From NCBI GenBank assembly GCA_965199495.1, contig CBDASK010000003.1, positions 4,544,001 to 4,608,000 of the forward strand: 64,000 nt of DNA, read 5' to 3'. Positions 20,090 to 29,295 of the stretch are shown here, piece after piece. Positions within the stretch are counted from its first letter, which is position 1. Every line of letters starts with the position of its first letter. The position numbers and the translations under genes were made by a program. The notes beneath the pieces are model-generated. The model did not search any database. It was given only the letters and a program-made list of their open reading frames with translations, and was not told the origin of the DNA. Origin of the DNA: Abditibacterium sp. (GTDB lineage: Bacteria; Armatimonadota; Abditibacteriia; Abditibacteriales; Abditibacteriaceae).

Positions 20090-20140
20090 GAGGGTAATTT
20101 AAATGGACAAGCGTTTGGATCGCCAAGTTACGAATTCGGA

Positions 20141-20250
20141 GCGATTTGTAGAGACACCGACTTGTCGTGTCTAAAACGTAAATGGACTCGCGAGATTTTG
20201 CAAGAGCTTTTACGTTTTAGACACGACAAGTCGGTGTCTCTACAAATCGC
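20141..20250. repeat. REP doublet (REPIN-like, GTAGAGAC family)
   Basis: GCGATTTGTAGAGACACCGACTTGTCGTGTCTAAAACGTAAA and its perfect inverse. Confidence 0.85.
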
Positions 20251-20252
20251 GA

Positions 20253-20891
20253 CTAAATTTTCGGCACCTCGATTTCAAACTCTTCCGACATCACCGAATA
20301 CGACGAATCGCGGCTTTCGATAATTAAGATATGTTTGCCGACCGGCATGCGCACGCGCGGGAACTGCGGCGCCCAATTTTCCATGACGGCATCTATATAC
20401 GGTTCGTCGCCGATGAACTTCTTTTCGTGCAGCCAATACGCCGTGGCTCCGTGCGCCTCGTCGAAGGCAATCGTGGTAAAAACTTGTTTGACCGGCTTGA
20501 AATGCGTGACGACGACGCTCGACACGTCAATTGGCGAAACACGGGCCTCGGCAATCAAACGCGGGTCGGGAAAGCCCAAATTGAGTAAGGCTTCGGCTTG
20601 TGCGTCCGCGTCATCGGCGTGGGTTTGGACGATATGGGCGAACAATTCTTGCAGCGATTTTTGCGCATTGGAAAAAGGCGTGCCAATGTTTCCGCCGTCT
20701 TCGATGGCTTTATAAAGCGATTCGCGAGCAGTAAAAAGGGGGCGTGCCAAAGTTTCGGCATTTTCTGGCACACTATTGGAATAAGGCGGACGGTGCAAAA
20801 CACCGATGACCTGCGACAACCTCACCAAGGCCGCGCCCGGATTGGGCGGCGTGATGGTGGACTCGTCGCTCTTGAACGGATCGATTTTCAT
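20253..20891 (-). CDS. Hypothetical protein
   Basis: ATG 20891 preferred because the upstream extension reads through a repeat; helical N-half and beta-rich C-half. Confidence 0.65.
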   Translation of the reverse strand: MKIDPFKSDESTITPPNPGAALVRLSQVIGVLHRPPYSNSVPENAETLARPLFTARESLYKAIEDGGNIGTPFSNAQKSLQELFAHIVQTHADDADAQAEALLNLGFPDPRLIAEARVSPIDVSSVVVTHFKPVKQVFTTIAFDEAHGATAYWLHEKKFIGDEPYIDAVMENWAPQFPRVRMPVGKHILIIESRDSSYSVMSEEFEIEVPKI

Positions 20892-20909
20892 CGCCGCAAA
20901 GTCTAATCT

Positions 20910-21021
20910 AAGGGACAGGGAACAAGGAGCAAGGGACAAGGGAAATGCAGAAAATTTGAAGCCAGAACGCTTGGCCTGCTCGATTATTTCCTTGTTCACT
21001 GTCCCTTTCTACTTGTCCCTT
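20910..21021. repeat. Inverted repeat of degenerate 7-mers (AGGGACA), same family as 9282-9429
   Basis: AGGGACAGGGAACAAGGAGCAAGGGACAAGGGAAAT versus ATTTCCTTGTTCACTGTCCCTTTCTACTTGTCCCTT. Confidence 0.7.
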
Positions 21022-21044
21022 CAACCGTAGGTTTAATTCAAATT

Positions 21045-22511
21045 ATGGCCCAAAACATGGGAATGTCGCAGGGGCAAGAGCAAACGCTCAACCCCAAAAT
21101 GATCGCGTTTTATGAGCTGCTTCAACAGCCAAACGTCAACCTCGACCAGGCGATCAATTCTGAACTCGAAGAAAACCCGGCATTAGATATTTCCGCCGAG
21201 CGCACCTGTCCGGCGTGCGGCGCGCTGATGCCCGCCGCCGTCTGTCGCGAGTGCGGCTACAAACTCACGCGCGAAGACGAAAAAGAGGCCGAACAAGAAC
21301 AAGAGCGCGACCAAATCGTGGACGTTTCTATTGAAGCCTCGCCGATGGAAAAGCCGACCTACACTGGCGACGATGACGGATTTGATGTCATGGCACGGCT
21401 ATCAGCCACCGAGACGCTGACGGCGCATTTGCAGTGGTTATGGCGTTTGTCCTGCACCGACGAAACGCGCGCGCTGGGCGAACATATCATCGGCTGCATC
21501 AACGACGACGGCTATCTCGATACCGATCTGGAAACGTTATCCGAAGGTCTCGATATTCCCCTCGCCGAAGTCGAAGCGGTTTTGACCGACATCCAAAATC
21601 TCGAACCGGCGGGCGTCGGCGCGCGCACCCTGCGCGAGTGTTTAAGATTGCAACTGGTACATCGCGAAAAGGGCGCCAAATCCGAAATCGCGCAGTTGGC
21701 TTTGAAGCTGATTGACGATCACTGGCAACCGATGGCGCGCCATTCCTATGAAGACATCGCGCGCAAACTCAAAACGACCGTCGAGCGCGTGCAGGAAGGC
21801 GCCGATTTTATTCGCACCGAACTCACGCCCTATCCGGGACGGCAGTTTCGGCCTTCGTGGGAATCGGGCGCCAACGGCGGCGCCGGGCGCGTGCGGCCCG
21901 ATGTCGAAATTAAACCGATTTCGGGCAAACCCGGCGAATATACGGTGGAGGTCATCGAATCGCGCAGTTTGGGTCTGCGCGTCAACGCGGTTTACCGGCA
22001 ACTTTGGGACGCGATGCGCAAAGACCCGGCGGGCTATTCGAGCAACGACCGCGAACACGTTCAGGTTTATCTGACGCGCGCCCGCGAATTCATTGACAAT
22101 TTGAATCAGCGCCGCAAAACCTTGAAATTGATTATCGAGGCCGTCGCGCGCGAACAGGGCGCGTATTTGGAAGACGGCTTGCATTCGCTCAAACCGTTGA
22201 CGCGCCTGAGCGTGGCTCATCATCTGGGCTTGCACGAATCCACCGTCGGGCGTGCGGTTTCGGGCAAATACGCGCAGTTGCCCAACGGCGAAGTCGTCGG
22301 CTGCGAAGTGTTTTTCGATGCCTCGCTGAGCGTCAAAGAAGTCATCAAAGATTTGCTGGCGACCGAAAATCCGCGCAAACCGTTTTCGGACGAACAAATC
22401 TCGGCAGAACTCGCTAAAAAAGGCATAGAAATCGCGAGACGCACCGTCACTAAATATCGCGAAGCCCTCAAAATTCCGCCCGCCGCGCAACGGCGGCGCT
22501 ACGATAATTAA
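21045..22511 (+). CDS. rpoN: RNA polymerase sigma-54 factor
   Basis: RpoN box ARRTVTKYR, HESTVGRAV, ELEENPAL, EPAGVGARTLRECL. Confidence 0.96.
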   Translation: MAQNMGMSQGQEQTLNPKMIAFYELLQQPNVNLDQAINSELEENPALDISAERTCPACGALMPAAVCRECGYKLTREDEKEAEQEQERDQIVDVSIEASPMEKPTYTGDDDGFDVMARLSATETLTAHLQWLWRLSCTDETRALGEHIIGCINDDGYLDTDLETLSEGLDIPLAEVEAVLTDIQNLEPAGVGARTLRECLRLQLVHREKGAKSEIAQLALKLIDDHWQPMARHSYEDIARKLKTTVERVQEGADFIRTELTPYPGRQFRPSWESGANGGAGRVRPDVEIKPISGKPGEYTVEVIESRSLGLRVNAVYRQLWDAMRKDPAGYSSNDREHVQVYLTRAREFIDNLNQRRKTLKLIIEAVAREQGAYLEDGLHSLKPLTRLSVAHHLGLHESTVGRAVSGKYAQLPNGEVVGCEVFFDASLSVKEVIKDLLATENPRKPFSDEQISAELAKKGIEIARRTVTKYREALKIPPAAQRRRYDN

Positions 22512-22664
22512 GGAGACGAGGGAAACGGGAGACAAGGGAGACAGAAATTGGCGGGCGGATTGTTGACGATAGCGCCAAACCTCATTGCTGACACTACGCT
22601 AAAACGCCGCCGCTTTAACTTCTGTCTCCCTTGTCTCCCTTGTCTCCCGTCTCCCTCGTCTCCT
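22511..22664. repeat. Inverted array of AAGGGAGAC-like tandem units
   Basis: AGGAGACGAGGGAAACGGGAGACAAGGGAGACAGAA versus TTCTGTCTCCCTTGTCTCCCTTGTCTCCCGTCTCCCTCGTCTCCT. Confidence 0.75.
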
Positions 22665-22674
22665 GCAAAAACCT

Positions 22675-23403
22675 ATGCAGCCCTCATCACACTCCGAAAA
22701 CTATGAAATTGACGTTCAGGCGCTGATGCGTGGCTTGGTTCACGAACTGCGCAATCCGCTGTCGGCGGTTTTGACGGCCTCAAGCCTGATTCAGGGCGGC
22801 ACCGATGTGGACGAAGAAACCGCGATGCTGCTGGATGTCATCGAGAAAGAAGCGCGCCGCATGAACCGCATTTTGACCGAGTTCTCGCATTTCGTTAAAC
22901 CGCCGAAACCCAATGTCGAACCTTTCGACTTGGGCGCACTGGTTTGTGGCGTGGCTACATCGCTCGAAACCGAAGGCGCCTTCGAGGGCGTCGAAATCAG
23001 TCATCTCATGGAACGGCCCGTGATGGTGATTGGCGACCCAGCCCAAACCGAGCAAGCGTTGCAGCACATTTTGGAAAACGCGGCGCAGGCGTTGCAACAC
23101 GGCGGCTCGATGCAACTGTGGGCCGAAACCGACGGCGATCAGGGTTGCGTCCTCATCGAAGATTCGGGCGGCAAAGTGAGCGATAACGTCATCGAACACG
23201 CGTTTCAACCGTTCTTCTCGACCAAACCCGCAGCCACTGGCCTGGGGCTTTCCATTGCGCGCATCACAATTCTGGCGATGAACGGCGATATTACGCTCGA
23301 ATCGGGCGAACACGGCGCGCGCTTGCGTTTGTGCTTGCCTTTGTCCGCGTCAAACGAAACGCCAAACGACTTTTTTCAGGCCGCTCCGGTTTCAACTTTA
23401 TAA
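22675..23403 (+). CDS. Soluble histidine kinase (HisKA + HATPase_c) with no sensor domain
   Basis: H-box LVHELRNPL at about residue 23, N-box ENAAQA, F-box FQPFFSTK, G2 box TGLGL. Confidence 0.88.
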   Translation: MQPSSHSENYEIDVQALMRGLVHELRNPLSAVLTASSLIQGGTDVDEETAMLLDVIEKEARRMNRILTEFSHFVKPPKPNVEPFDLGALVCGVATSLETEGAFEGVEISHLMERPVMVIGDPAQTEQALQHILENAAQALQHGGSMQLWAETDGDQGCVLIEDSGGKVSDNVIEHAFQPFFSTKPAATGLGLSIARITILAMNGDITLESGEHGARLRLCLPLSASNETPNDFFQAAPVSTL

Positions 23404-23415
23404 CAATTTCCGACC

Positions 23416-24573
23416 ATGAAACACAACTTTAGCAAAGCCTTAACGCTCGCCCTCTGTTGCGCCGTGGCTGGTAGCGCGACAATCGCGAACGCCCAATATA
23501 AGTTGAGCGCGCCGCCCGGCTGGACGCAAAACCAGAGCGGCGGAAATTTAGTTTGGACGCGTGGCGCATCCAAAATCAAGTTGTCGGCGGCCACGCAAAC
23601 TCAAAACGTCGAGGCGTTTTTCCGCTCGCAAATCGCTAAAGACGCGAGTTATCGCGGCGCTGTGCGCAGCAAAGGCGAAATTCGCCCCACCGACAACGGC
23701 GCCTTTTCGACGGTTTACACGTTCGCGAATTCGGTCGTGGCTTATGTCGCCTTTAAACGGAGCGACGGCACGCGTTTTATCGCGCTCTCCTCGCCCGATC
23801 TTCAAACTTTGCAGCGCGATTTGCCCGCGCTCAAAAATATCGCGACCCAACTTCAACACAGCGGCTCGACGCAGCCACGTCCGGCCAGCGCCGCGACAAA
23901 AAGCAGCGTAGCGCCCGCGAAAACGATGTATCAAGCCGTGCCGGGCAAGCAGTATTTGTCGCCGTCGCAAATCGTCGGCGTCTACCTTAACGAAAGTTAT
24001 ACGTCGGGCGTCGGCGGCATGGTCGTTTTGCAATACGATCCGGTTTTGCTGCTGCGCGACGGCACGGCCTACGAAGATTTCGACGTGCCGCCGACCGAGC
24101 TGAACGTCGCCAGCTTCAAAAAGGCGCATCCGAAAAGTTGGGGGCGCTGGACGAAAACCGCCGCAGGTTTCAGCGTGCGCTTCAACGGCGACAAGTCGTC
24201 GTCCGACATCAAGGCGAGTTTCAAAGTCAAGCCCGCGTCCGCCGGACAGAAGTTGGCGGGCGAATACACCAGCATTGGCGGCGGCGGCAACACGGCGTTG
24301 GGCGGAAGCGTGATGGTCGCTTATTCCGATACTTATGTTTTCGACCGCAACGGTCGCTTTTCGGGCGAACGCGCGGGCGGCGGCAACGCGCCGGGTGTCG
24401 CGGTCGCGTCCAGCTCGAAAAACGCCGGAACTTACACGCTTTCGGGTTACACATTGCGCCTGAAATATAATGATGGGCGCGTTGTGCGGCGTCTCTTCTA
24501 TTTCTATCCCGACAAAGACCGCGCCGACAAATCGGTCGTCGGCATCGGCGGTTCTTCCTATATCGCGCAGTGA
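23416..24573 (+). CDS. Hypothetical secreted protein
   Basis: Signal peptide ending ANA-Q; Gly/Ser-rich beta domains; no family recognised with confidence. Confidence 0.75.
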   Translation: MKHNFSKALTLALCCAVAGSATIANAQYKLSAPPGWTQNQSGGNLVWTRGASKIKLSAATQTQNVEAFFRSQIAKDASYRGAVRSKGEIRPTDNGAFSTVYTFANSVVAYVAFKRSDGTRFIALSSPDLQTLQRDLPALKNIATQLQHSGSTQPRPASAATKSSVAPAKTMYQAVPGKQYLSPSQIVGVYLNESYTSGVGGMVVLQYDPVLLLRDGTAYEDFDVPPTELNVASFKKAHPKSWGRWTKTAAGFSVRFNGDKSSSDIKASFKVKPASAGQKLAGEYTSIGGGGNTALGGSVMVAYSDTYVFDRNGRFSGERAGGGNAPGVAVASSSKNAGTYTLSGYTLRLKYNDGRVVRRLFYFYPDKDRADKSVVGIGGSSYIAQ

Positions 24574-24662
24574 GGCGACGCGTGCGCGCCGGTGTTGTGA
24601 ATTAAGGCAAAACCCTACTGAACAGAACTCGTCCGATTTGTTAAGCTAAATAACAAAGCAGC

Positions 24663-24706
24663 CACGCTTTTCGCACCCACATTCAACGCGGAAAGCGTGT
24701 TTTTTT
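24663..24706 (+). terminator. Probable intrinsic terminator
   Basis: CACGCTTTTCGC...GCGGAAAGCGTG followed by T7. Confidence 0.6.
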
Positions 24707-24747
24707 GCGCGTTGGAGCCGCAGCGACGCGCCGATTCGATTTCCCCA

Positions 24748-25950
24748 ATGGCTCACATTTTACTTGTAGACGATCAATCCTCAATGCGCCTGACGCTGAC
24801 GGCGCTACTTAAAGGCGCCGGGCACACTTTGGCGCAGGCGGGCACCGGCGATGCGGCCATCGAAAAAATTCAGAAGAACGATTTCGATGTGGTTATCACC
24901 GATTTGAAGCTCGACAAAATTTCGGGCATGGAAGTTTTGGGCGCCGCCAAAAGCGCCAATCCGCAAACCGAAGTCATCATGCTGACCGGCTACGGCTCCA
25001 TCGAAACCGCCGTGGCTGCGATGAAAGCGGGCGCCATTGATTATCTGACCAAACCGATTGACACCGAAGAATTGATGTTGGCTTTGGAACGCGCGCAAGA
25101 ACGCCAGCAACTCAAATCGGAAGTCGCGCGTTTGCGGTCTGTCGTCGCCAAAGAAACCAATTTCGATCCGGGCAACATCGTCGCTTCGTCGCAGGCGATG
25201 CACGAAGTCTTGGAAATGGTCGCGCGCGTCGCGCCAACCGATGCGACCGTGCTGGTGCAGGGCGAAAGCGGCACCGGCAAAGAGTTAATCGCGCGCGCCT
25301 TGCACCAAAACTCCAAGCGCAAAGACGGCCCGTTCATCCCGATTAACTGCGGCGCCTTACCGGAAAACTTGCTCGAATCCGAACTGTTCGGCCATGTCAA
25401 AGGCGCCTTCACCGGCGCGCACCAGAACAAGAAGGGTCTGTTCGAGGAAGCCGACGGTGGCACCCTGTTTTTGGACGAAATCGGTGAAATGATGCTTTCG
25501 ACGCAGGTCAAACTTTTGCGCGTTTTGCAGGACAGCGAAGTGCGCCGCGTCGGCGGCAATACCAGCGTCAAGGTGGATGTGCGCGTCGTGGCCGCCACCA
25601 ACCAGAAGTTGCAACAGCGCGTCAAAGAAGGCGAATTCCGCGAAGATTTATATTATCGCCTGCAGGTCATCCCGATTTTCTTGCCGCCACTGCGCGAGCG
25701 TCAGGAAGAGATTTTGCCGCTCGTCAATCACTATCTGGGAATTATCGCCGAGAAGATGGGCAAGCCGATCAAAGGTCTGGCGCCCACAGCCGAGAAATCC
25801 TTGAAAGCCTATTCGTGGCCCGGCAACATCCGCGAGTTAATCAACGCCGTCGAACGCGCGGTCATTCTGGCGCGCGATGAAACCGTGAAAACCGAAGATT
25901 TCGCCTTAACGCTGGGCGGCACGGCGCTGGCCGACCGGCACAACGATTGA
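24748..25950 (+). CDS. Sigma-54-dependent response regulator (NtrC/AtoC family) lacking a C-terminal HTH
   Basis: Receiver domain (LLVDD, ITDLK, DYLTKP) and AAA+ domain (GESGTGKE, ESELFGH, GAFTGA, LFLDEIG, WPGNIREL); stops about 30 aa after WPGN. Confidence 0.93.
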   Translation: MAHILLVDDQSSMRLTLTALLKGAGHTLAQAGTGDAAIEKIQKNDFDVVITDLKLDKISGMEVLGAAKSANPQTEVIMLTGYGSIETAVAAMKAGAIDYLTKPIDTEELMLALERAQERQQLKSEVARLRSVVAKETNFDPGNIVASSQAMHEVLEMVARVAPTDATVLVQGESGTGKELIARALHQNSKRKDGPFIPINCGALPENLLESELFGHVKGAFTGAHQNKKGLFEEADGGTLFLDEIGEMMLSTQVKLLRVLQDSEVRRVGGNTSVKVDVRVVAATNQKLQQRVKEGEFREDLYYRLQVIPIFLPPLRERQEEILPLVNHYLGIIAEKMGKPIKGLAPTAEKSLKAYSWPGNIRELINAVERAVILARDETVKTEDFALTLGGTALADRHND

Positions 25951-25955
25951 TAAAC

Positions 25956-26072
25956 ATTTGCGTCCATAGAGACGCCGATTTATCGCGCCTAAGACCTCAA
26001 GGTTTCCCACCAAACTGCGCGCTAATTTTTACGTTTTAGACGCGATAAATCGGCGTCTCTATGGAAGCAAAT
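25956..26072. repeat. REP doublet (REPIN-like, GTAGAGAC family variant)
   Basis: TCCATAGAGACGCCGATTTATCGCGCCTAA / TTAGACGCGATAAATCGGCGTCTCTATGGA. Confidence 0.85.
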
Positions 26073-26086
26073 AAAAGGTTTCGACG

Positions 26087-27118
26087 ATGAAAGCGCAAAA
26101 GTTCATCCTCGCCGTTTTAATTCTGGTTTTTGCGCTCTGGCTCTTTTCCCATCGCGCCAACGCCGAAGAATTGTATGCGACGCTACGACGCGGACGGTTG
26201 GGCTGGCTCGCCGTGGCTGCTGCGCTGCAAGGGCTGACTTTGTGGAATCAACCGGCGCTTTACTATTCGCTTTATCGCGCGCTGGGCCTGAAAATTCGCT
26301 TTGGCGAATTGCTGCCCGTCGTGTGGGCCGGACGCTTTCTCGACATCGTGACGCCCGCCGCCGGATTGGGCGGAACGGCGTTATTATTGGAAGACGCGCG
26401 TCGCCGCCAGCTCGACGCCGGACGCGTGGTTTTGGCGAACACGCTCTATTTTCTGCTCAATTTTGCGTGGTTCGCGATTTTACTTTCGTGTTCGTTGGCT
26501 GTGCTTTTCGCTTGGCACGATCTCAAAACCTACGAATTTGTGCCCGCCGGAATCTTATTTATCGGCTTAATTTTGGGAATTATTGCGCTTCTTCTCATCA
26601 CTTATCGTCCGGCGATTTTCGAGCGAATTTTAGGTTGGCTGTGCGAGCGCATCAATTCCGGCACGCGATTAATTCTAAAACGCGATTTAGTTTCGCGCGC
26701 GCAAATCGGCGAATTTGTGTCGCATTTTGTCGAGGCGTCGCAGGTTCTGCGGGCGTCGAAGCGCGCGATGGCGCGGCCCGTTTTTCATGCGATTTTGGTG
26801 GACGCGTTAGAAATCGCGGTTTTGGGCGCGTGCTTTGGGGCGTTTCCCGGCGCATCGGGCGCGCCGGTTTCGCCCGAACTGCTGCTCGTTGGTTACAGCA
26901 TCGGCACGCTGTTTCTGGTGGTTTCGATAACGCCGCAGGGCTTGGGTGTCGTCGAGGGCGTGATGACGGCGATATTCGTGAGTCTGGGCGTGCCGCTCGA
27001 ACGCGCGGCGGTCGTGGTTCTGGTCTATCGCGGGCTGTCGCTGTGGTTGCCGCTCGTGGCCGGATTTCTGGTTTTGCGTTGGACGCCGACGTTGCGCGCG
27101 CCAAGGCGCGAGAGTTGA
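26087..27118 (+). CDS. Lysylphosphatidylglycerol synthase TM/flippase-like (UPF0104) membrane protein
   Basis: About 8 TM helices, ITPQGLGVVEG...VLVYRGLSLWLP motif. Confidence 0.85.
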   Translation: MKAQKFILAVLILVFALWLFSHRANAEELYATLRRGRLGWLAVAAALQGLTLWNQPALYYSLYRALGLKIRFGELLPVVWAGRFLDIVTPAAGLGGTALLLEDARRRQLDAGRVVLANTLYFLLNFAWFAILLSCSLAVLFAWHDLKTYEFVPAGILFIGLILGIIALLLITYRPAIFERILGWLCERINSGTRLILKRDLVSRAQIGEFVSHFVEASQVLRASKRAMARPVFHAILVDALEIAVLGACFGAFPGASGAPVSPELLLVGYSIGTLFLVVSITPQGLGVVEGVMTAIFVSLGVPLERAAVVVLVYRGLSLWLPLVAGFLVLRWTPTLRAPRRES

Positions 27119-27215
27119 GAGTTTGCTCAGAAGACGCGCATTTTCCTTTCGAGAAACCGCGCTGGCAATGGAAACTTACGGTCTATTTCAGCCAGCGATT
27201 ATTCAGTCACGAATT

Positions 27216-28976
27216 ATGGAAAGCCAACTCCGCCCGTCGAAGCCCGCGCCCTTAGATTTAACCACTGTTGAGGATGCGCAGGCGCCGTCTCACCCGAATC
27301 GTTTCGCGGCGCGGCGCGAATTATGGGCGGTGCGCGTGCCCGCCGTTTTGACGGCTTTGATGGGTCTACTTAATTTGTGGTCAACCGTCACACCTTCACT
27401 GCCCGACCGCGTGCGATTGATGTGGAATGTTTTACCCTTCGACGTGCGACGCGGCAGCCACCTCGCGGCGGCGCTGGCGGGGTTCGCGCTAATTTTACTG
27501 TCGCTCAACTTGTGGCGCCGCAAGCAAACCGCGTGGGCCTTGACTATCGGCGCGCTGTTTGTCTCGATTTTCGCGCACGGCCTCAAAGGTCTGGACTGGG
27601 AAGAAGCAATTTGCGCGCTCGTCTTAATTGTCTGGCTGTGGCGGGCGCGCCGCCAGTTTCACGCGCGCTCCGATGCGCCGTCGGTGCGCCAAGGATTGCG
27701 CGTTTTAGCTATCGCGTTTGTTTTCACCTTGCTTTACGGAACGGTCGGTTTTTATCTGCTCGACCACGAATTTCGCGTTAATTTCGGCCTGACCGACGCG
27801 ATTTCGCAGACCGTCGCGATGTTTTCCAGCTTTTCCGATCCGGGCCTGGAACCAATTACGCGCTTCGGACAATTTTTCGCCGATTCGATTTATTTCATCG
27901 CGATTTGCACTTTCGGCTACGCGCTGCTGATGTTGGCGCGTCCCCTCGTTTTGCGCCACAACGCCGACGCTGATTTGGAACGCGCGCGCTTAATCGTCGA
28001 AGAACATGGGCGCACGGCGCTGGCGTTTTGCGCCTTGTTGGGCGACAAAAAATTCTGGTTTTCGCCGGGCGGTTCGCTCGTGCAATACGCCCTCGTCGGG
28101 CGCGTGGCTGTGGCGTTGGGCGACCCGATTGGCCCAGCCGACGATGCAAATGCGGCGGTACACGGTTTCGTGGATTGGTGCGAGCGCAACGATTGGCGCC
28201 CGGCATGGTATGAAATTTATGACGAATTATTAGATCAACATCGCGCGGCGGGCATGACGATTTTGCGCATCGCGCACGAAGCGATTATTGACGTGCAGAA
28301 CTTTAATATCGCGGGCGGCAGCAACAAAAATATGCGTAACGCCATCAGCGCGCTCAAGAAAAAGGGTTATATTTGCCAAGTTCACGAGGCGCCGCAGAGC
28401 GACGAATTAATGGCGCAACTGCGCGCAGTCAGCGACGGCTGGCTGGCGATGATGAACGGCGCCGAGAAATCGTTTTCGCTGGGCTGGTTCGACGACGAAA
28501 CTATTCGCGCTTGCCCGATTATGGCGCTGCACGATCCCGACGGCGAACTGCTGGCGTTCGCCAACATCGTGCCGGAATATCAGCTCAACGAAAGCACAAT
28601 TGATCTGATGCGGCGGCGCGAAGAAATCCCGCGCGGCACGATGGAAATGCTCTTCGTCTCGCTTTTCGAGTGGTCGAAAGAACAAGGTTTCGACACCTTC
28701 AATCTGGGGCCAAGTCCGTTCGCGGGCGTCGGCGAACAGAGTGAAGACCCGGCGACCGAAAAGGCGTTGCACTTCATTTTTGAGCACATGAACGGCTTTT
28801 ATAACTTCAAAGGTTTGCACGCTTTTAAAGAAAAATTTAACCCGTCGTGGCGTCCGCTCTATCTGGCTTATGGCGGCAAGGGCGGCTTGCCCGTTGTCGC
28901 GATGGCCGTCGTGCGCGCTGATTCGGGCCAAGACGGCTGGTTCGATTTTCTGAAACAGTTGCGCGGAGCGAGATAA
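27216..28976 (+). CDS. Aminoacyl-phosphatidylglycerol synthase (MprF C-terminal/DUF2156 domain) with N-terminal TM helices
   Basis: HGLKGLDWEEA, GDKKFWFS, ALGDPIG, SFSLG, IDLMRR, FYNFKGLHAFKEKFNPSWRPLYLAY; start uncertain (27168 or 27216). Confidence 0.9.
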   Translation: MESQLRPSKPAPLDLTTVEDAQAPSHPNRFAARRELWAVRVPAVLTALMGLLNLWSTVTPSLPDRVRLMWNVLPFDVRRGSHLAAALAGFALILLSLNLWRRKQTAWALTIGALFVSIFAHGLKGLDWEEAICALVLIVWLWRARRQFHARSDAPSVRQGLRVLAIAFVFTLLYGTVGFYLLDHEFRVNFGLTDAISQTVAMFSSFSDPGLEPITRFGQFFADSIYFIAICTFGYALLMLARPLVLRHNADADLERARLIVEEHGRTALAFCALLGDKKFWFSPGGSLVQYALVGRVAVALGDPIGPADDANAAVHGFVDWCERNDWRPAWYEIYDELLDQHRAAGMTILRIAHEAIIDVQNFNIAGGSNKNMRNAISALKKKGYICQVHEAPQSDELMAQLRAVSDGWLAMMNGAEKSFSLGWFDDETIRACPIMALHDPDGELLAFANIVPEYQLNESTIDLMRRREEIPRGTMEMLFVSLFEWSKEQGFDTFNLGPSPFAGVGEQSEDPATEKALHFIFEHMNGFYNFKGLHAFKEKFNPSWRPLYLAYGGKGGLPVVAMAVVRADSGQDGWFDFLKQLRGAR

Positions 28977-28994
28977 GTCGCGGAGATTTATTCC

Positions 28995-29105
28995 GCCAAT
29001 TCGTAGAGACAGCGATTTATCGCGTCTAACACGTTAAAGTATCCACAAACTTCGCGAGTTCACTCACGTTTTAGACGCGATAAATCGCTGTCTCTACGAG
29101 TTGGC
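28995..29105. repeat. REP doublet (REPIN-like, GTAGAGAC family)
   Basis: CGTAGAGACAGCGATTTATCGCGTCTAA / TTAGACGCGATAAATCGCTGTCTCTACG. Confidence 0.85.
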
Positions 29106-29114
29106 ACAAAAACG

Positions 29115-29295
29115 TAGGAGTTACGCAGTTGGGTGCGCTTGTCATGGGTGCGCAGTGAGGCACGAGCGAAGTCGAAGAATCCATGACCTAATGGCAGTGA
29201 CGAAAGCGAAATCAACGTGCAACCGTTGGATTCTTCGACTTCGTTCGTGCCTCACTGCGCACCCATGACAAGCGCACCCAACTGCGTAACTCCTA
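29115..29295. mobile_element. MITE with TIR TAGGAGTTACGCAGTTG and 5-bp TSD AAACG, carrying a long internal palindrome
   Basis: TIRs at both ends; AAACG at 29110-29114 and 29296-29300; same TIRs recur at 61022-61450. Confidence 0.8.

Noticed and set aside
21022..26086. Sigma-54 (-24/-12) promoters near the rpoN module
   Set aside because: No convincing TGGCAC-N5-TTGC match found by eye in the intergenic regions.
26242..27255. 337-aa alternative-frame ORF over the flippase gene (and similar 32989-33948, 43486-44475, 61842-62834)
   Set aside because: Arg/Ala-rich off-frame or antisense ORFs expected in GC-rich coding DNA; no family motifs.
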